From positions 49,927 through 113,926 of the forward strand of contig CAZIUK010000002.1 of the NCBI GenBank assembly GCA_964542785.1: DNA of 64,000 nucleotides, written 5' to 3'. The position numbers were made by a program, and so were the translations under genes. Source of the stretch: an uncultured Planctomycetales bacterium (GTDB taxonomy: Bacteria > Omnitrophota > Gorgyraeia > Gygaellales > Profunditerraquicolaceae). Positions 20,961 to 31,562 of this stretch are shown here, piece after piece. Each line of letters starts with the position of its first letter. Position 1 is the stretch's first letter. A model generated the notes under the pieces. That model was not told the origin of the DNA. It searched no databases and saw nothing but the letters and a program-made list of their open reading frames with translations.

Positions 20961-22189
20961 CTCTTTATAACTGCCTTTCTACGCAATAAATGGTGATAGG
21001 CTATGGCAAACCTATGCGCCTCATCCCTTATTCTGCGAATCAAATTTAACGCAAAAGGATACCGGTTTAACCTTATATATCTTCTTCTGCCTTTAATATA
21101 CACATTTTCTCTTTCTTTGGCAATACTAAGCATAGGGATATCTAAACCTAAAAGCTCAAGCTCTCTTTGTGCAGACTGAAGATGCCCCTTACCCCCATCA
21201 ATAATAATTAAATCAGGCAAGGGAATACTATATTTTAATAACCGTAAATACCTTCTTCTTACAACCTCCCTTAGCATAAGGTAATCATTAACTCCACTTA
21301 CGCCCTTAATACGAAACCTGCGGTAATTCGTTTTATCTGGACGGCCGGAATAAAAACTCACCATAGACCCACTTGCTTCTTTGCCTGATATATTAGAGAC
21401 ATCAAATGCTTCTATGCGTAAAGGAAGCCTCTTTAATTTTAATATCCTCTTAAGCGCTTCCAGGCCTTTAAAGCGAAAATCAACACCCGTAACATTATTA
21501 GAGTTAATTACCCTAAGAGCAGCTATCTGGTCGCGTAACTTTGCTGCTTCCTCAAAATCCATTTTATCCGACCTTTTCTGCATCTCTTTTGATATCTTTT
21601 TTAATAAATCCTCTAACCTTCCCTGCAGTATCAAGGATATAATATTTATCCTTCTTAAATACTCTCTTCTCGGCATATCCTTAGAAGGAGCTAAACCTAT
21701 ACTTTGATCAAAACGCGCCTCTTTAGAATTATGATTAGAGGCAAAATAGGGAAAATTCTTCCGTATTGTTTTCATCGCCTCTTTTAATAGCTTTGAATTT
21801 GTGTAAGGACCAAAGTAAAGAGAACCGTCATTTACCCTTTTTCTAGTAATCTGCACCGAAGGAAAGCATTCGTTAGTAATTCTAACCACCGGAAAACTCT
21901 TGTCGTCACGAAGAGCTATATTATATTTAGGCTTGTATTTATGCACAAGGCCTGCCTCTAAAAGAAGAGCCATACTTTCATTGGCGCATAATTTAAAATC
22001 AACTTTACAAACCTTAGAAAGCATCGCCTGCGTTTTAAGAGAAAGGTCTCTACCAAGGTAGGTTAAGAGCCTCTTTTTTAAGGATTTGGCTTTCCCGATA
22101 TAGATAACTTTGCCAAAGGAATCCCTCATAAGATAAACACCCGTCTTATCCGGAGCCGTAGAAAAAATAAATTTTAGTTTATTATCCAT
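20957..22189 (-). CDS. uvrC: UvrC-like excinuclease (GIY-YIG + UvrBC + RNase H-like endonuclease domains; no C-terminal HhH)
   Basis: The N-terminal GVYLMRDSFGKVIYIGKAKSLKKR (GIY-YIG) is followed by IEAFDVSNISG...DLIIIDGGKGHL, as in the UvrC endonuclease domain. The ORF ends where the (HhH)2 domain would start, at 410 aa against about 600. Confidence 0.6.
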   Translation of the reverse strand: MDNKLKFIFSTAPDKTGVYLMRDSFGKVIYIGKAKSLKKRLLTYLGRDLSLKTQAMLSKVCKVDFKLCANESMALLLEAGLVHKYKPKYNIALRDDKSFPVVRITNECFPSVQITRKRVNDGSLYFGPYTNSKLLKEAMKTIRKNFPYFASNHNSKEARFDQSIGLAPSKDMPRREYLRRINIISLILQGRLEDLLKKISKEMQKRSDKMDFEEAAKLRDQIAALRVINSNNVTGVDFRFKGLEALKRILKLKRLPLRIEAFDVSNISGKEASGSMVSFYSGRPDKTNYRRFRIKGVSGVNDYLMLREVVRRRYLRLLKYSIPLPDLIIIDGGKGHLQSAQRELELLGLDIPMLSIAKERENVYIKGRRRYIRLNRYPFALNLIRRIRDEAHRFAIAYHHLLRRKAVIKR

Positions 22190-23729
22190 ACCCTCTGGCT
22201 AAATTAAATAACTGGCGCAGTTCTTTAACCTTAAAAATCAAGCAAAACCCTACATAAGAAAAAAATCCGGCTATTAATGAAATCATTATTCCTAAAAACC
22301 TATTTGATGATAAATATACCGATAAATAACAGATAACACCCATCCCCGCCCCGGAAACGAAAATACGCAAAAAGGAGCTCCCAATCTCTCCAACTCCAAA
22401 ATCTCCTATCTTTCTTTTTGCTAATATAAACAGGGTTAGAAAAACAATAATGCCGGAAATTGAAGTAGCTAAGGCAATCCCGGATATCTTAAAAGGAAAC
22501 ATAAATATAGAGTTAAGAATTATATTCAAAAGTAGGCCCAAACCAGAAACTTTTGCCGGGGTTAGGGTATCTTTAAGGCTAAAAAAACACGACTGAAGAA
22601 CCTTATTTGCGCCATAAGCGCATAAACCAATACTATAGAAAAAAAGCGCCTGGGCAGTAAGATGTGCAGCATAACTATCAAACTTGTCCCTACAAAAGAA
22701 AAATTCAATTAAAGGCAACGCTAAAACCATAAAGAATACACCCGCAGGAACCATCACAAAAAAAACTGAACGTATCCCAAAAGAGAGCGTGCGCTTAAGC
22801 CCCGAATCATCGCTTGTAGCTACTTGCCTGGAAAAAGTCGGCAGTATCGCCTGTGATACTGCATTACTAAATACTCCTAAAGGAAATTGAACCAACCGAT
22901 AAGAAAAATATAAGACAGCAACCCCTCCTTCACCCACAATCCAAGATAAAGATCCGAATATAGAGTCCACAAAATTATTCAACTGATAAATAGAAGAACT
23001 TAACAACCGCGGCAACATCAACCTGCCAATATCCTTTGCCCCAGGATGATTAAATGTCCGGGGAATTTTAAGCCTAAAGCCTTTTTTATAAAGAACCGGT
23101 ATCTGTATTGCTAATTGCAGTATGCCTCCTACTAATATCCCGCAAGAAAGTCCTCGTACCCCCTCCCCGAACAATGAGGCAAAGACAATTATGGATATAT
23201 TAAGTAGACAAGGAGCAAACGCCGGAAGAGAAAAATGTTTAAGAGAATTTAAGATAGCCGTAGAGTATGCCGCGAGGCTAATTAAAATTATATAGGGAAA
23301 TATAATCCGATTTAACCTGACAGTTAAAGCAAACTTCTCTATAGAAGCTAAAAATCCCGGAGCAACAACCCGCACAATAAGCGGAGAAAATATTATCCCT
23401 ATAATAGTAATAGCCGTAAGTACTACCAGTAGCATATTAAGCACAACATTAGCCAACTCCCAAAACTCTCCCCTGGAACGTTTAAGGCTATATTCGCTAA
23501 ATACAGGAACAAAGGCTGCATTAGTCGCGCCCTCTCCTACAAAATCCCTAAAAAGATTAGGTATCTTAAACGCAATTACAAACGCCTGCGCATAAAGATA
23601 AACCCCAAAGAGCTTGGCGATTACAATATCACGCAACAACCCTAAAACTCTGGATAAAAAAGTAGCAAAACTTATTATCCCGGCAGACTTTATTAAGGAA
23701 ATATTAGATTGGTCTTTATCTATTGACAT
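22182..23729 (-). CDS. murJ: lipid II flippase MurJ (MviN)
   Basis: SRVLGLLRDIVIAKLFG...FKIPNLFRDFVGEGATNAAFVPVF is the MurJ N-terminal signature. There are about 14 TM segments. Confidence 0.8.
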   Translation of the reverse strand: MSIDKDQSNISLIKSAGIISFATFLSRVLGLLRDIVIAKLFGVYLYAQAFVIAFKIPNLFRDFVGEGATNAAFVPVFSEYSLKRSRGEFWELANVVLNMLLVVLTAITIIGIIFSPLIVRVVAPGFLASIEKFALTVRLNRIIFPYIILISLAAYSTAILNSLKHFSLPAFAPCLLNISIIVFASLFGEGVRGLSCGILVGGILQLAIQIPVLYKKGFRLKIPRTFNHPGAKDIGRLMLPRLLSSSIYQLNNFVDSIFGSLSWIVGEGGVAVLYFSYRLVQFPLGVFSNAVSQAILPTFSRQVATSDDSGLKRTLSFGIRSVFFVMVPAGVFFMVLALPLIEFFFCRDKFDSYAAHLTAQALFFYSIGLCAYGANKVLQSCFFSLKDTLTPAKVSGLGLLLNIILNSIFMFPFKISGIALATSISGIIVFLTLFILAKRKIGDFGVGEIGSSFLRIFVSGAGMGVICYLSVYLSSNRFLGIMISLIAGFFSYVGFCLIFKVKELRQLFNLARGYG

Positions 23730-23779
23730 GCGGTTTTTATTATGTTAATATTATCGCAATATAAAAATAGGAGAATAAG

Positions 23780-24043
23780 ATGCCTAGAAGAAAAACTTCC
23801 ATAAAGAAAACACGCTCTGACAGAAAAAAACGCCTACAAAACGTAAAAATCAAGCAAGGGCTTAAAAAAACAATCAAAAAATTTCAGGGCCTAATCTCTG
23901 CAAAAAATCCGGAAGAGGCAAAAAAAATACTCGCCAGTGTTTTCTCTCAATTGGATAAAGCGGCAAAGAAACGTACCATTCATCCTGCTACAGCCAATAG
24001 AAAAAAATCCCGCCTGATGAAGAAATTAAACAAGGGCGCATAA
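23780..24043 (+). CDS. rpsT: 30S ribosomal protein S20
   Basis: It is 87 aa and basic, and KRxxxNxxxKS-like blocks align with S20. Confidence 0.85.
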   Translation: MPRRKTSIKKTRSDRKKRLQNVKIKQGLKKTIKKFQGLISAKNPEEAKKILASVFSQLDKAAKKRTIHPATANRKKSRLMKKLNKGA

Positions 24044-24664
24044 ATTAACTACTAATTTTTCCAGAGCAAAAACGGGCTTAAATCTACCCGTTTTTATTTC
24101 TATATCGCAATTTAACAAGAGTTTGATTCTACGCCGTAATAACAAAGGGTTTAAAGTGTTTAACTGCAAAGAATAACGCAACGCCCCTAAAATCATCTCC
24201 GGTTTCTCCCCCTCCTTTATAAGATTTTTCAGTATTTTAAGAGCCCCCTCTGTATACCTATATTCTATTTGACGGCTTAGGTTAAAAGCATTTAAAGGAA
24301 TGCTCTCTTTAAAACGCATAACCTGTGCATTCTTATTTAAAGCATTTATAAATTTAGCACTTTCTTTCTGCCGGGGGAAATCCAATATCAAAAGAAGATT
24401 TTTATTTCCTTTAAGAACCCAACGTAATATAAAGTTTTTTTGCTCCTCTTCTAAATCCTGAGCATTTCTTATTAAGACTACCCTCTTCGGCGCGCCAACA
24501 GGCAAAAAGAGAAGCTTCTCCTGCAGAGTTTCAAGAGAAATCTCATCGGTATATAATATATCAAAATTAAAATCTATTAACTTTGGGGGGAGGAACTTTT
24601 CCTTGATGCGCTTTAACGCCGCATCTTTAGCGGGGATATCCTGTCCGACAAAAAGATAAACCAT
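24026..24664 (-). CDS. holA: DNA polymerase III delta subunit (short)
   Basis: MVYLFVGQD..., the AAA-lid-like LIRNAQDL and the leuS-lptE-holA-type neighbourhood support the call. The start is moved to the ATG at 24664; the track start at 24700 is TTG and overlaps the lptE-like gene. Confidence 0.5.
   Translation of the reverse strand: MVYLFVGQDIPAKDAALKRIKEKFLPPKLIDFNFDILYTDEISLETLQEKLLFLPVGAPKRVVLIRNAQDLEEEQKNFILRWVLKGNKNLLLILDFPRQKESAKFINALNKNAQVMRFKESIPLNAFNLSRQIEYRYTEGALKILKNLIKEGEKPEMILGALRYSLQLNTLNPLLLRRRIKLLLNCDIEIKTGRFKPVFALEKLVVNLCALV
24068..24099 (+). terminator. rho-independent terminator of rpsT
   Basis: AACGGG (24071-24076), loop CTTAAATCTA and CCCGTT (24087-24092) are followed by TTTTTATTT, 25 nt after the rpsT stop. 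It lies inside the convergent holA 3' end. Confidence 0.55.
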
Positions 24665-24671
24665 CTTCTCT

Positions 24672-25229
24672 TTACCATTCTTCAACTGTCCGCTCAACAA
24701 TCCTTCGGGCTAAATCTTCAAGGGCATCATTAACTGCTATGCTTTCAGGCTTAGCCTGGGCCCCGGAGACAAAAAAAGTAGTATCTCCGGTAAAACCTTT
24801 CTCCTGCCAAAGAAGCTTATCCTCTTTTGCATCCCAAAGGCTTATATTTACCGTAAGGTTTATGCGGTATTCGCTTACCTCGTCATTATCCAAATACCTC
24901 AACGGTTCCTTACGAAACTCCACAACCTCGCCTTTTAAGATTAAATCCGCTAATTCCTTACCTACAAGCTTAAGATTACCATCAAATAGATACCGGTTGT
25001 TCACAGTTTTGGTAATATCAGTCTCAATCATCGGGCGGTAAATCCTATATTTATTGGCAGCATCTGCTTCATTTGTAATATCCACTTTATTAATAAACGG
25101 GGTTATATATATAGTCTGAAACTTATCTGAAATCATAGAGCGAGTAGCATATCCGCACCCGGAAAGCATAGCCGATGCTAAAAGTACCACTAAAATTAAA
25201 AACCCTAAAGAAATCCTAAATCCCTTCAT
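24672..25229 (-). CDS. lptE: LptE-like LPS-assembly lipoprotein
   Basis: The ATG at 25229 overlaps the stop of the BamD-like gene (ATGA). The signal peptide has lipobox LSGC, the size is about 185 aa, and it sits between bamD-like and holA as rlpB/lptE does in Proteobacteria. Confidence 0.45.
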   Translation of the reverse strand: MKGFRISLGFLILVVLLASAMLSGCGYATRSMISDKFQTIYITPFINKVDITNEADAANKYRIYRPMIETDITKTVNNRYLFDGNLKLVGKELADLILKGEVVEFRKEPLRYLDNDEVSEYRINLTVNISLWDAKEDKLLWQEKGFTGDTTFFVSGAQAKPESIAVNDALEDLARRIVERTVEEW

Positions 25230-26167
25230 CTTTTCTTCTCCATCCCTTGTAATGCGCTTAAAGATTTTGCAGCCCAAACGCTTTCTGGATAATTATTTAT
25301 AACGCTTTCATAGTATATCTTTGCCGCTTTAGAAGCTTTTTGCTTTTCATAAAACCTAGCGGTATTAAAATATGCCTCAGCCTCCTTCTCATTGAGGCTA
25401 GCAATATTAGCCTCTGCCTCTTGAGAAAGCACAGCATCCGGATGCTCTCTTACAAAATCTTCAAATTTCTGTTTTGCCTCCCCGGCTGCCCCCTGGTCAT
25501 ACTCAGGACTACGCGACATCGCCGCGCGGCAGGAAGCAATTTGAAACTTTGCCGGCTCTGCCCATTCACTATCAGGATAATTGGCTATAACCTTATCAAA
25601 GGCATCCTCTGCTTCAAAATAACGCTGCAACCCTTTTAGAACCAATCCAAGCTTATATTGCGCCTTTGGCGCAAACGGACCATAAGTAGAGTTTTCAATT
25701 ACTTTATTGTATATCTCAATTGCGGGGTTTTCAACTGGCAGGGAAATCCCCAAAGCCTTACGTTTATACCCGGACATAAATTTACCCGCAATATCATACT
25801 GTCTTTCAATAACATCTTTAATGCGCTCAGAGAAAGGGTATTTATCAATTAATTTTTGGTATGCCAGATAAGCCTCGTAGTAGTTTTGACGGGATTCTTC
25901 AATCAAACCTAAGCAATACTGGGATTCCGAAGCCTCAAAAGACTTAGGGTATTCTTTAAGAAGCTTTTTAAATTCGCGCAAGGCTTCTTCATACTTTTTT
26001 TCATTATAAAACCCTAACGCATAATCTAATTGCTCCTTAGGGCTTTCCTTGGCGACATTCTTAGGATTAACCCACTTACCGCTCTTAGGTGTCCAAATCC
26101 AAAAAGAGTAGGCAGGGCTAGCCGTAGCTATAAAGAAGCCCAAAAGAAAAGCTAATACCCGTCGCAT
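25226..26167 (-). CDS. bamD: BamD/YfiO-like TPR outer-membrane assembly protein
   Basis: A signal peptide is followed by multiple TPR-like repeats (YALGFYNEKKYEEALREFKKL..., YKLGLVLKGLQRYFEAEDAFDKVIANYPDS...). Confidence 0.55.
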   Translation of the reverse strand: MRRVLAFLLGFFIATASPAYSFWIWTPKSGKWVNPKNVAKESPKEQLDYALGFYNEKKYEEALREFKKLLKEYPKSFEASESQYCLGLIEESRQNYYEAYLAYQKLIDKYPFSERIKDVIERQYDIAGKFMSGYKRKALGISLPVENPAIEIYNKVIENSTYGPFAPKAQYKLGLVLKGLQRYFEAEDAFDKVIANYPDSEWAEPAKFQIASCRAAMSRSPEYDQGAAGEAKQKFEDFVREHPDAVLSQEAEANIASLNEKEAEAYFNTARFYEKQKASKAAKIYYESVINNYPESVWAAKSLSALQGMEKKR

Positions 26168-26214
26168 AGTAATAAGACTTTAACATACTAAAAAGCTTTT
26201 GTCAAAAGAAAAGG

Positions 26215-27597
26215 TTAGAGTCTAAAATAGGCTAAAGGCAGGTAAGAAAAGAACGCGCTTAATTTAACGAGTAGAAAGACTATTAATTCATTAAACGCCG
26301 CAAACGCTCCAGATAAGGAAGGAGAAACAAAAGCAAAAATAACTAGAATCAAACCTGATATGATGACTAAAGAGGCTACCGGTATAATAAAGATATTGGC
26401 TAATGTGGCTACAAGGGTAATAAGCTTAAAATAATAGGCTATAAGCCCAGCTGTCCCAAGCCACGCGGAAAAAGAAATAAATAAACTCTCAATAATTTTT
26501 CTCAAGAATATTATTTTTATCCCTTCTACCTTAAATAACCTTCTAATACGAGGGTATAAATAAACTATACTAATAACGCTAACAAAAGAAAGCTGAAAAC
26601 TTATTGAAAAGAGGCTCTTCGGAGCCGTTGCTAATATGATTAACGCTGATAAAGATAAGGCCTTTTCTATACTCTGCTCTCTTTCAAAAAATACTCCTAT
26701 ACTCAAAAATATACCCATGATTGTTGCCCGCACAACCGGTATGGCTGAGCCTGTAAGAAGGCAATAAATAACCATACAAAATACTATCCCTAAAAGCTTC
26801 AATCTACGGTTTATGCGAAAAGCCTTAAACGCTAATCCTGAGATAAATGCAATTACTCCGACATGAAATCCGCTTACCACCATAATATGTATTGCTCCTA
26901 TTTTAATCATGGAATCATAAACGCCCGGGAGAATGATATTTTTATCCCCTAAAACCATAGCAGAGGTTATACTTGAAGCTAAGGGGGAAAGATATCTTTT
27001 AAATATGTAACCAACTCTTCCCCTTAAATAAAACGCAAGCTTTTTTAAAAACCTGCCTCTATTTACATTTAATTTTATTAATTCGGTATTGCTCTTAATT
27101 GAGATTGTCATAAGGGCATTATTCTTTCTTAAGTAATAACTCCTTTTAGGCTTCCCGATTAAGATAAGTTCGTCTCCATAAGATAATCTCTTGTTGGGCT
27201 TAGAAGAGACAAATATATCACCGCAAACTATAAAGGATTTTTCTTGCTCCTGTAAAGTTGTAACTCTAAATATAAAATAGACGCGTCCATCTCTCTTAAA
27301 AGGAAAACTATTGACAAAACCTTTTATGGCGCAAACCTTATCCTTATTATAAAAACTATACCGGGATATATCGGATTTAGGAATTATATATGCGTTTTTA
27401 AGGCTAAGCGAACCTAAGATAAAGGCTAAGGCAAGAAGAGAAAAATCAAAGGCATTCTTTTTATTTAAAAGAAAAAAAGAAACACAGATAAAAAATAAAA
27501 CAATAAGGCACAAGAACCAAAAATAAACCCTAAAAATATAGGTATAGATTATCCCTAAAGAGAAAAAAATAGCAATAAAGTCTAATACGCCCTTCAT
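26215..27597 (-). CDS. comEC: ComEC/Rec2-family DNA internalisation channel (DUF4131 + competence domain, no metallo-beta-lactamase domain)
   Basis: It has an N-terminal TM/OB region and a competence domain with HIMVVSGFHVGVIAF. It is 460 aa. Confidence 0.7.
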   Translation of the reverse strand: MKGVLDFIAIFFSLGIIYTYIFRVYFWFLCLIVLFFICVSFFLLNKKNAFDFSLLALAFILGSLSLKNAYIIPKSDISRYSFYNKDKVCAIKGFVNSFPFKRDGRVYFIFRVTTLQEQEKSFIVCGDIFVSSKPNKRLSYGDELILIGKPKRSYYLRKNNALMTISIKSNTELIKLNVNRGRFLKKLAFYLRGRVGYIFKRYLSPLASSITSAMVLGDKNIILPGVYDSMIKIGAIHIMVVSGFHVGVIAFISGLAFKAFRINRRLKLLGIVFCMVIYCLLTGSAIPVVRATIMGIFLSIGVFFEREQSIEKALSLSALIILATAPKSLFSISFQLSFVSVISIVYLYPRIRRLFKVEGIKIIFLRKIIESLFISFSAWLGTAGLIAYYFKLITLVATLANIFIIPVASLVIISGLILVIFAFVSPSLSGAFAAFNELIVFLLVKLSAFFSYLPLAYFRL

Positions 27598-27927
27598 TTA
27601 TTTAATAGTAAGATGCTCTTTAATTTTATTAAACTTATTGACGCTGATACCCTTTATCCCTTTAAGCTCTTCTAAACTACTAAATTCTCCTAACTTGCGG
27701 CGTGAGGCGATTATCCTCTCTGATAGTTTTTCCCCAATCCCGGGGATACGCATTAGAATCTCCTTATCCGCGGTATTTAAATCTATTTTTTCTAAATCTT
27801 CGTTAAAAAAGACTGCCACCTTTTTAGGCTCTATTTGCTTGGATAAAAAACTTACGCTTAACCCGATAAAATAAATAAGTGCCAAAAATAAAAATGCCTT
27901 GCGCTCACTCTTAGTTAAATTAAACAC
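27598..27927 (-). CDS. comEA: ComEA-type helix-hairpin-helix DNA receptor
   Basis: A TM anchor is followed by DLNTADKEILMRIPGIGEKLSERII...FSSLEELKGIKGI (tandem HhH). It lies immediately upstream of comEC. Confidence 0.75.
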   Translation of the reverse strand: MFNLTKSERKAFLFLALIYFIGLSVSFLSKQIEPKKVAVFFNEDLEKIDLNTADKEILMRIPGIGEKLSERIIASRRKLGEFSSLEELKGIKGISVNKFNKIKEHLTIK

Positions 27928-28090
27928 TCTACGCCCCCCTTCCTAATAACAATAGACGTAAAGAATAGGTTAATCTAACGTATTTTTATAGTTTATTTTA
28001 ATTAAAAAGCAGGCTACAAGGCAGTTTAAATCTTATAAGTTTTAAGAGGATTTTAAAATTAAGGAGAGATTACTTTGGTTTAATATTGCA

Positions 28091-30490
28091 TTACAAGACG
28101 ATATTAACAAGCTTATTTGGGACAATAATTATATTTTTGACGGGCTTATCTTTAATCCAAAGCTTAATTTTATCTTCAACCAATACCAATTCTTTTAACT
28201 TATCTTCCGGGATGTTTAAAGGAACGCTTACCTTAGAACGTAATTTTCCATTAACCTGTATAATAACAGTAACGCTATCTTCAATTAGCATTGCTTCGTC
28301 AAAAGAAGGCCAAGAGGACTTAAAAATACTCTTATTATTCCCCAAAGCCTCCCACATCTCCTCGGAGAAATGTGGGGCAATAGGACTAATCATAATTACT
28401 AACTTAGATAAAACCTCTTTATCCGCACCTAACTGGTATATCGCGTTTGTTAACTCCATCAGGCTTGCTAAGGCGGTGTTAAACTTAAAGTTTTGATAAT
28501 CTTCGGTTACCTTCTTTATAGTCTTATGCAAAGCTCTCTTCATCTCTAAAGAAGCTTCGTTGCGCAAGCTCTCCTTAATCCTCCATATCCGGTTTAAAAA
28601 CTTATTTGCTCCTTCAAGCCCCTGATCAGCCCACTCCAACTCTGTTTCAGGAGGCGCTGCAAATAATATAAAAAGACGCAATGAATCCGCTCCATACTTT
28701 TTAATCATTGAATCCGGGTCAACAATATTTCCTTTGGATTTTGACATTACTACGCCGTCTTTTAAAACCATACCCTGTGTTAAAAGCCTATCAAATGGCT
28801 CGATAAAGGAAAGCAAATTTAAATCCTTAAAGAACTTAGTAAAGAAACGCGAGTACAGCAAATGTAATATCGCATGCTCAATCCCGCCTATATACTGATC
28901 AACCGGCATCCAATAAGCTACTTCATTTTTATCAAAAGGTGCATCATTGAAATTAGGGGAACAAAACCTTAAAAAATACCACGACGAATCAAAAAATGTC
29001 GCCATTGTATCAGTTTCACGCCTTGCATTACCGGCGCATTTAGGGCATTTAACCTCTACAAACTCTTTTACCTTAGCTAGAGGACTCCCCCCCTCTCCGG
29101 TAAAAGGCGCATCTTCAGGAAGCTCTACGGGTAGGTCTTTATAAGGAACAGCTACTATTCCGCACTTATCGCAATAAATAACCGGGATAGGAGTTCCCCA
29201 ATAGCGTTGACGAGAGATAAGCCAATCGCGTAACCGCCAGTTAGTCTTAATAAAACCCATCCCCTCTCTCTCCATCCACTCTGCTATTCTTCCTTTTGCC
29301 TCTAAGTTACCTAATCCGTTAAAATCCCCGGAATTAACCTGCACCCCATCTCCTTCATATGCCTCTTCTAGGTTGTCTATGGATGTTAACCCCTTATCTT
29401 CAGGCTGGATAACTATGCGCATAGGCAAATTATGCTCTTTGGCAAAAAGAAAATCGCGTTGGTCATGAGCAGGCACAGCCATTATTGCTCCGGTTCCATA
29501 CTCCATTAAGACATAATCTGCAATCCATATCGGAATTGCTTCATTATTTACCGGATTAACCGCATAACTCCCGGTAAAAATACCCTCTTTTTTTTCTACT
29601 GACGAAGCACGCTCAACCTTGCTCTGACGCGATACTCTATCTATAAACTCTAAAATCTCTTTTTTCTTAAAATACCCTTGTATAAGATTTTTTATTATCG
29701 GGTGCTCAACTGCTAAGACAATATAAGTAGCGCCAAAGATTGTATCAGGCCGGGTGGTAAAAACAGGGATTATATCTTCAGAGTCTTTTAACTTAAAATA
29801 TATCTCTATACCTTTGCTCTTTCCTATCCAATTATCCTGCATGCTTAAGACCCGTTCCGGCCAGTTCTTAAGAAGTTTTAAGTCTTCTAGGAGACGTTCT
29901 TTATACTCTGCAATCTTTAAGTACCACTGCTCAAGGTCTCTCTGCTCTACCTTCTCATGACACCTCCAGCAACTCCCCTCAATTACCTCTTCGTTAGCTA
30001 AGGTAGTAAGACAAGAGGGACACCAATTTACTGCTGATGCCTTTCTATAAGCTAAGCCCTTTTCAAGCATCTTTAAAAATATCCACTGGTTCCATTTATA
30101 ATAACTGCTATCGCAAGTAGAAATCTCCCTTGCCCAATCATAGGAAAAACCCATCTTCTTTAATTCAGACTCCATCTCTTTAATGCACCTATGCGTCCAG
30201 ATATCCGGCTTAGTCTTATTTTTAATCGCAGCATTCTCTGCCGGTTGACCAAAGGCATCAAAACCCATCGGGTGCATAACATTATATCCTTCTAAAATCT
30301 TAAAACGTGCAGCTACGTCTCCTATAGTATAATTACGCACATGCCCCATGTGAATCTTGCCTGAAGGATAAGGGAACATCTCTAAAAGGTAATATTTCTT
30401 TTTAGTAGAGGTCGGCTCTACCTTAAAAAGATTTTCTTCCTCCCATCTCTTCTGCCACTTGCTTTCTATCGCCTTAAAATCATAATACAT
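28091..30490 (-). CDS. leuS: leucyl-tRNA synthetase
   Basis: [15 protein letters not shown] (HIGH), the CP1 editing domain and KMSKSKGN are present. The length is 799 aa. Confidence 0.95.
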   Translation of the reverse strand: MYYDFKAIESKWQKRWEEENLFKVEPTSTKKKYYLLEMFPYPSGKIHMGHVRNYTIGDVAARFKILEGYNVMHPMGFDAFGQPAENAAIKNKTKPDIWTHRCIKEMESELKKMGFSYDWAREISTCDSSYYKWNQWIFLKMLEKGLAYRKASAVNWCPSCLTTLANEEVIEGSCWRCHEKVEQRDLEQWYLKIAEYKERLLEDLKLLKNWPERVLSMQDNWIGKSKGIEIYFKLKDSEDIIPVFTTRPDTIFGATYIVLAVEHPIIKNLIQGYFKKKEILEFIDRVSRQSKVERASSVEKKEGIFTGSYAVNPVNNEAIPIWIADYVLMEYGTGAIMAVPAHDQRDFLFAKEHNLPMRIVIQPEDKGLTSIDNLEEAYEGDGVQVNSGDFNGLGNLEAKGRIAEWMEREGMGFIKTNWRLRDWLISRQRYWGTPIPVIYCDKCGIVAVPYKDLPVELPEDAPFTGEGGSPLAKVKEFVEVKCPKCAGNARRETDTMATFFDSSWYFLRFCSPNFNDAPFDKNEVAYWMPVDQYIGGIEHAILHLLYSRFFTKFFKDLNLLSFIEPFDRLLTQGMVLKDGVVMSKSKGNIVDPDSMIKKYGADSLRLFILFAAPPETELEWADQGLEGANKFLNRIWRIKESLRNEASLEMKRALHKTIKKVTEDYQNFKFNTALASLMELTNAIYQLGADKEVLSKLVIMISPIAPHFSEEMWEALGNNKSIFKSSWPSFDEAMLIEDSVTVIIQVNGKLRSKVSVPLNIPEDKLKELVLVEDKIKLWIKDKPVKNIIIVPNKLVNIVL

Positions 30491-30492
30491 AA

Positions 30493-31341
30493 CTAACCTG
30501 CCTTAGCTAAACTTCTTACCAAATTTAAATTTATCCTATCGCTCTTAGAGGTATCTTTAGGGGTCTCTAATACCATCGGGATATTCTTTAATTTAGGATG
30601 GTTGATTATCCTCCTCATCCCTTCTAAGCCGATATTGCCTTTACCAATATGATTATGCCGGTCAACACGCGAACCTAAAGTACCAAGAGCGTCGTTTAAG
30701 TGAATAAGTTTTACTGATTCTATGCCTATATTATCTTCAATCTCTTTTAAAGTTTCTGCTAAGCCTTCTTTTTCGCTTAAATCATAGCCTGCAAGATAGG
30801 CATGCGCAGTATCGAAACAAATCCCAATACGCGATTTATCTTCTAACCCGGCAATAATCTCCCTATGGTGGACGAATTTATACCCTAACCATGAGCCACT
30901 CCCAGAGGTATTCTCTAAGAGTATGCCAACCTTGCTACCTTTAGTCTTTTCTAAAATATCATTTAAGGCGTCAATAAGCCTTTTTATCCCCTCTTCTTCA
31001 GAAGTCTCCTTGTGGCTGCCCATATGCGTTACTATATAATCAGCTCCAAGGATTTCAGCTTGACGAATATCATCAATATAGGCACGAATCGAACCTTTGT
31101 AAAGCCGCTTAACCGGTGAAGCTAAATTAATTAAGTAGGATATGTGAATAAATACCGGGTTAATTTTAAACCTCTTGCGAAGCTTCTTAAACTCTTCAAT
31201 ATCTTTCTCATCTAAAGGACTACTCTTCCATTGTTGAGGATTCCTGGCAAAAATCTGCATAGTTGAACAACCCAACTCATAAGCCCGATTAAGGGATTCA
31301 TATATCTTTCCCGAAGCTGAAACATGCACGCCTAAGTTCAT
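30493..31341 (-). CDS. nfo: endonuclease IV (AP endonuclease family 2)
   Basis: [14 protein letters not shown]..., HxxYLINLAS and the metal-binding H/D/E blocks are present in a TIM-barrel-length protein of 282 aa. Confidence 0.85.
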   Translation of the reverse strand: MNLGVHVSASGKIYESLNRAYELGCSTMQIFARNPQQWKSSPLDEKDIEEFKKLRKRFKINPVFIHISYLINLASPVKRLYKGSIRAYIDDIRQAEILGADYIVTHMGSHKETSEEEGIKRLIDALNDILEKTKGSKVGILLENTSGSGSWLGYKFVHHREIIAGLEDKSRIGICFDTAHAYLAGYDLSEKEGLAETLKEIEDNIGIESVKLIHLNDALGTLGSRVDRHNHIGKGNIGLEGMRRIINHPKLKNIPMVLETPKDTSKSDRINLNLVRSLAKAG

Positions 31342-31422
31342 AGTTCATAAATTATACTGCGGATTAAGGTGGGCGTCAATATAAGAGAAACGACGATCCA
31401 GACATCCGTCGTTTATTGCTTT

Positions 31423-31498
31423 TGGTGGAGCTGAGGGGGATCGAACCCCTGACCCCTTGCATGCCATGCAAGTGCTCTCCCAGCTGAGCTACAGCCCC
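31423..31498 (-). tRNA. tRNA-Ala (anticodon GGC), CCA encoded
   Basis: The reverse complement GGGGCTGTAGCTCAGCTGGGAGAGCACTTGCATGGCATGCAAGGGGTCAGGGGTTCGATCCCCCTCAGCTCCACCA folds into a cloverleaf. It has the G3:U70 alanine identity pair and anticodon loop AT-GGC-AT. Confidence 0.85.
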
Positions 31499-31562
31499 AA
31501 ATATTAATCATTGACCTTTGTTATTTTAGAATATAAAATGATTTCCGTCAAATCAAATTACA

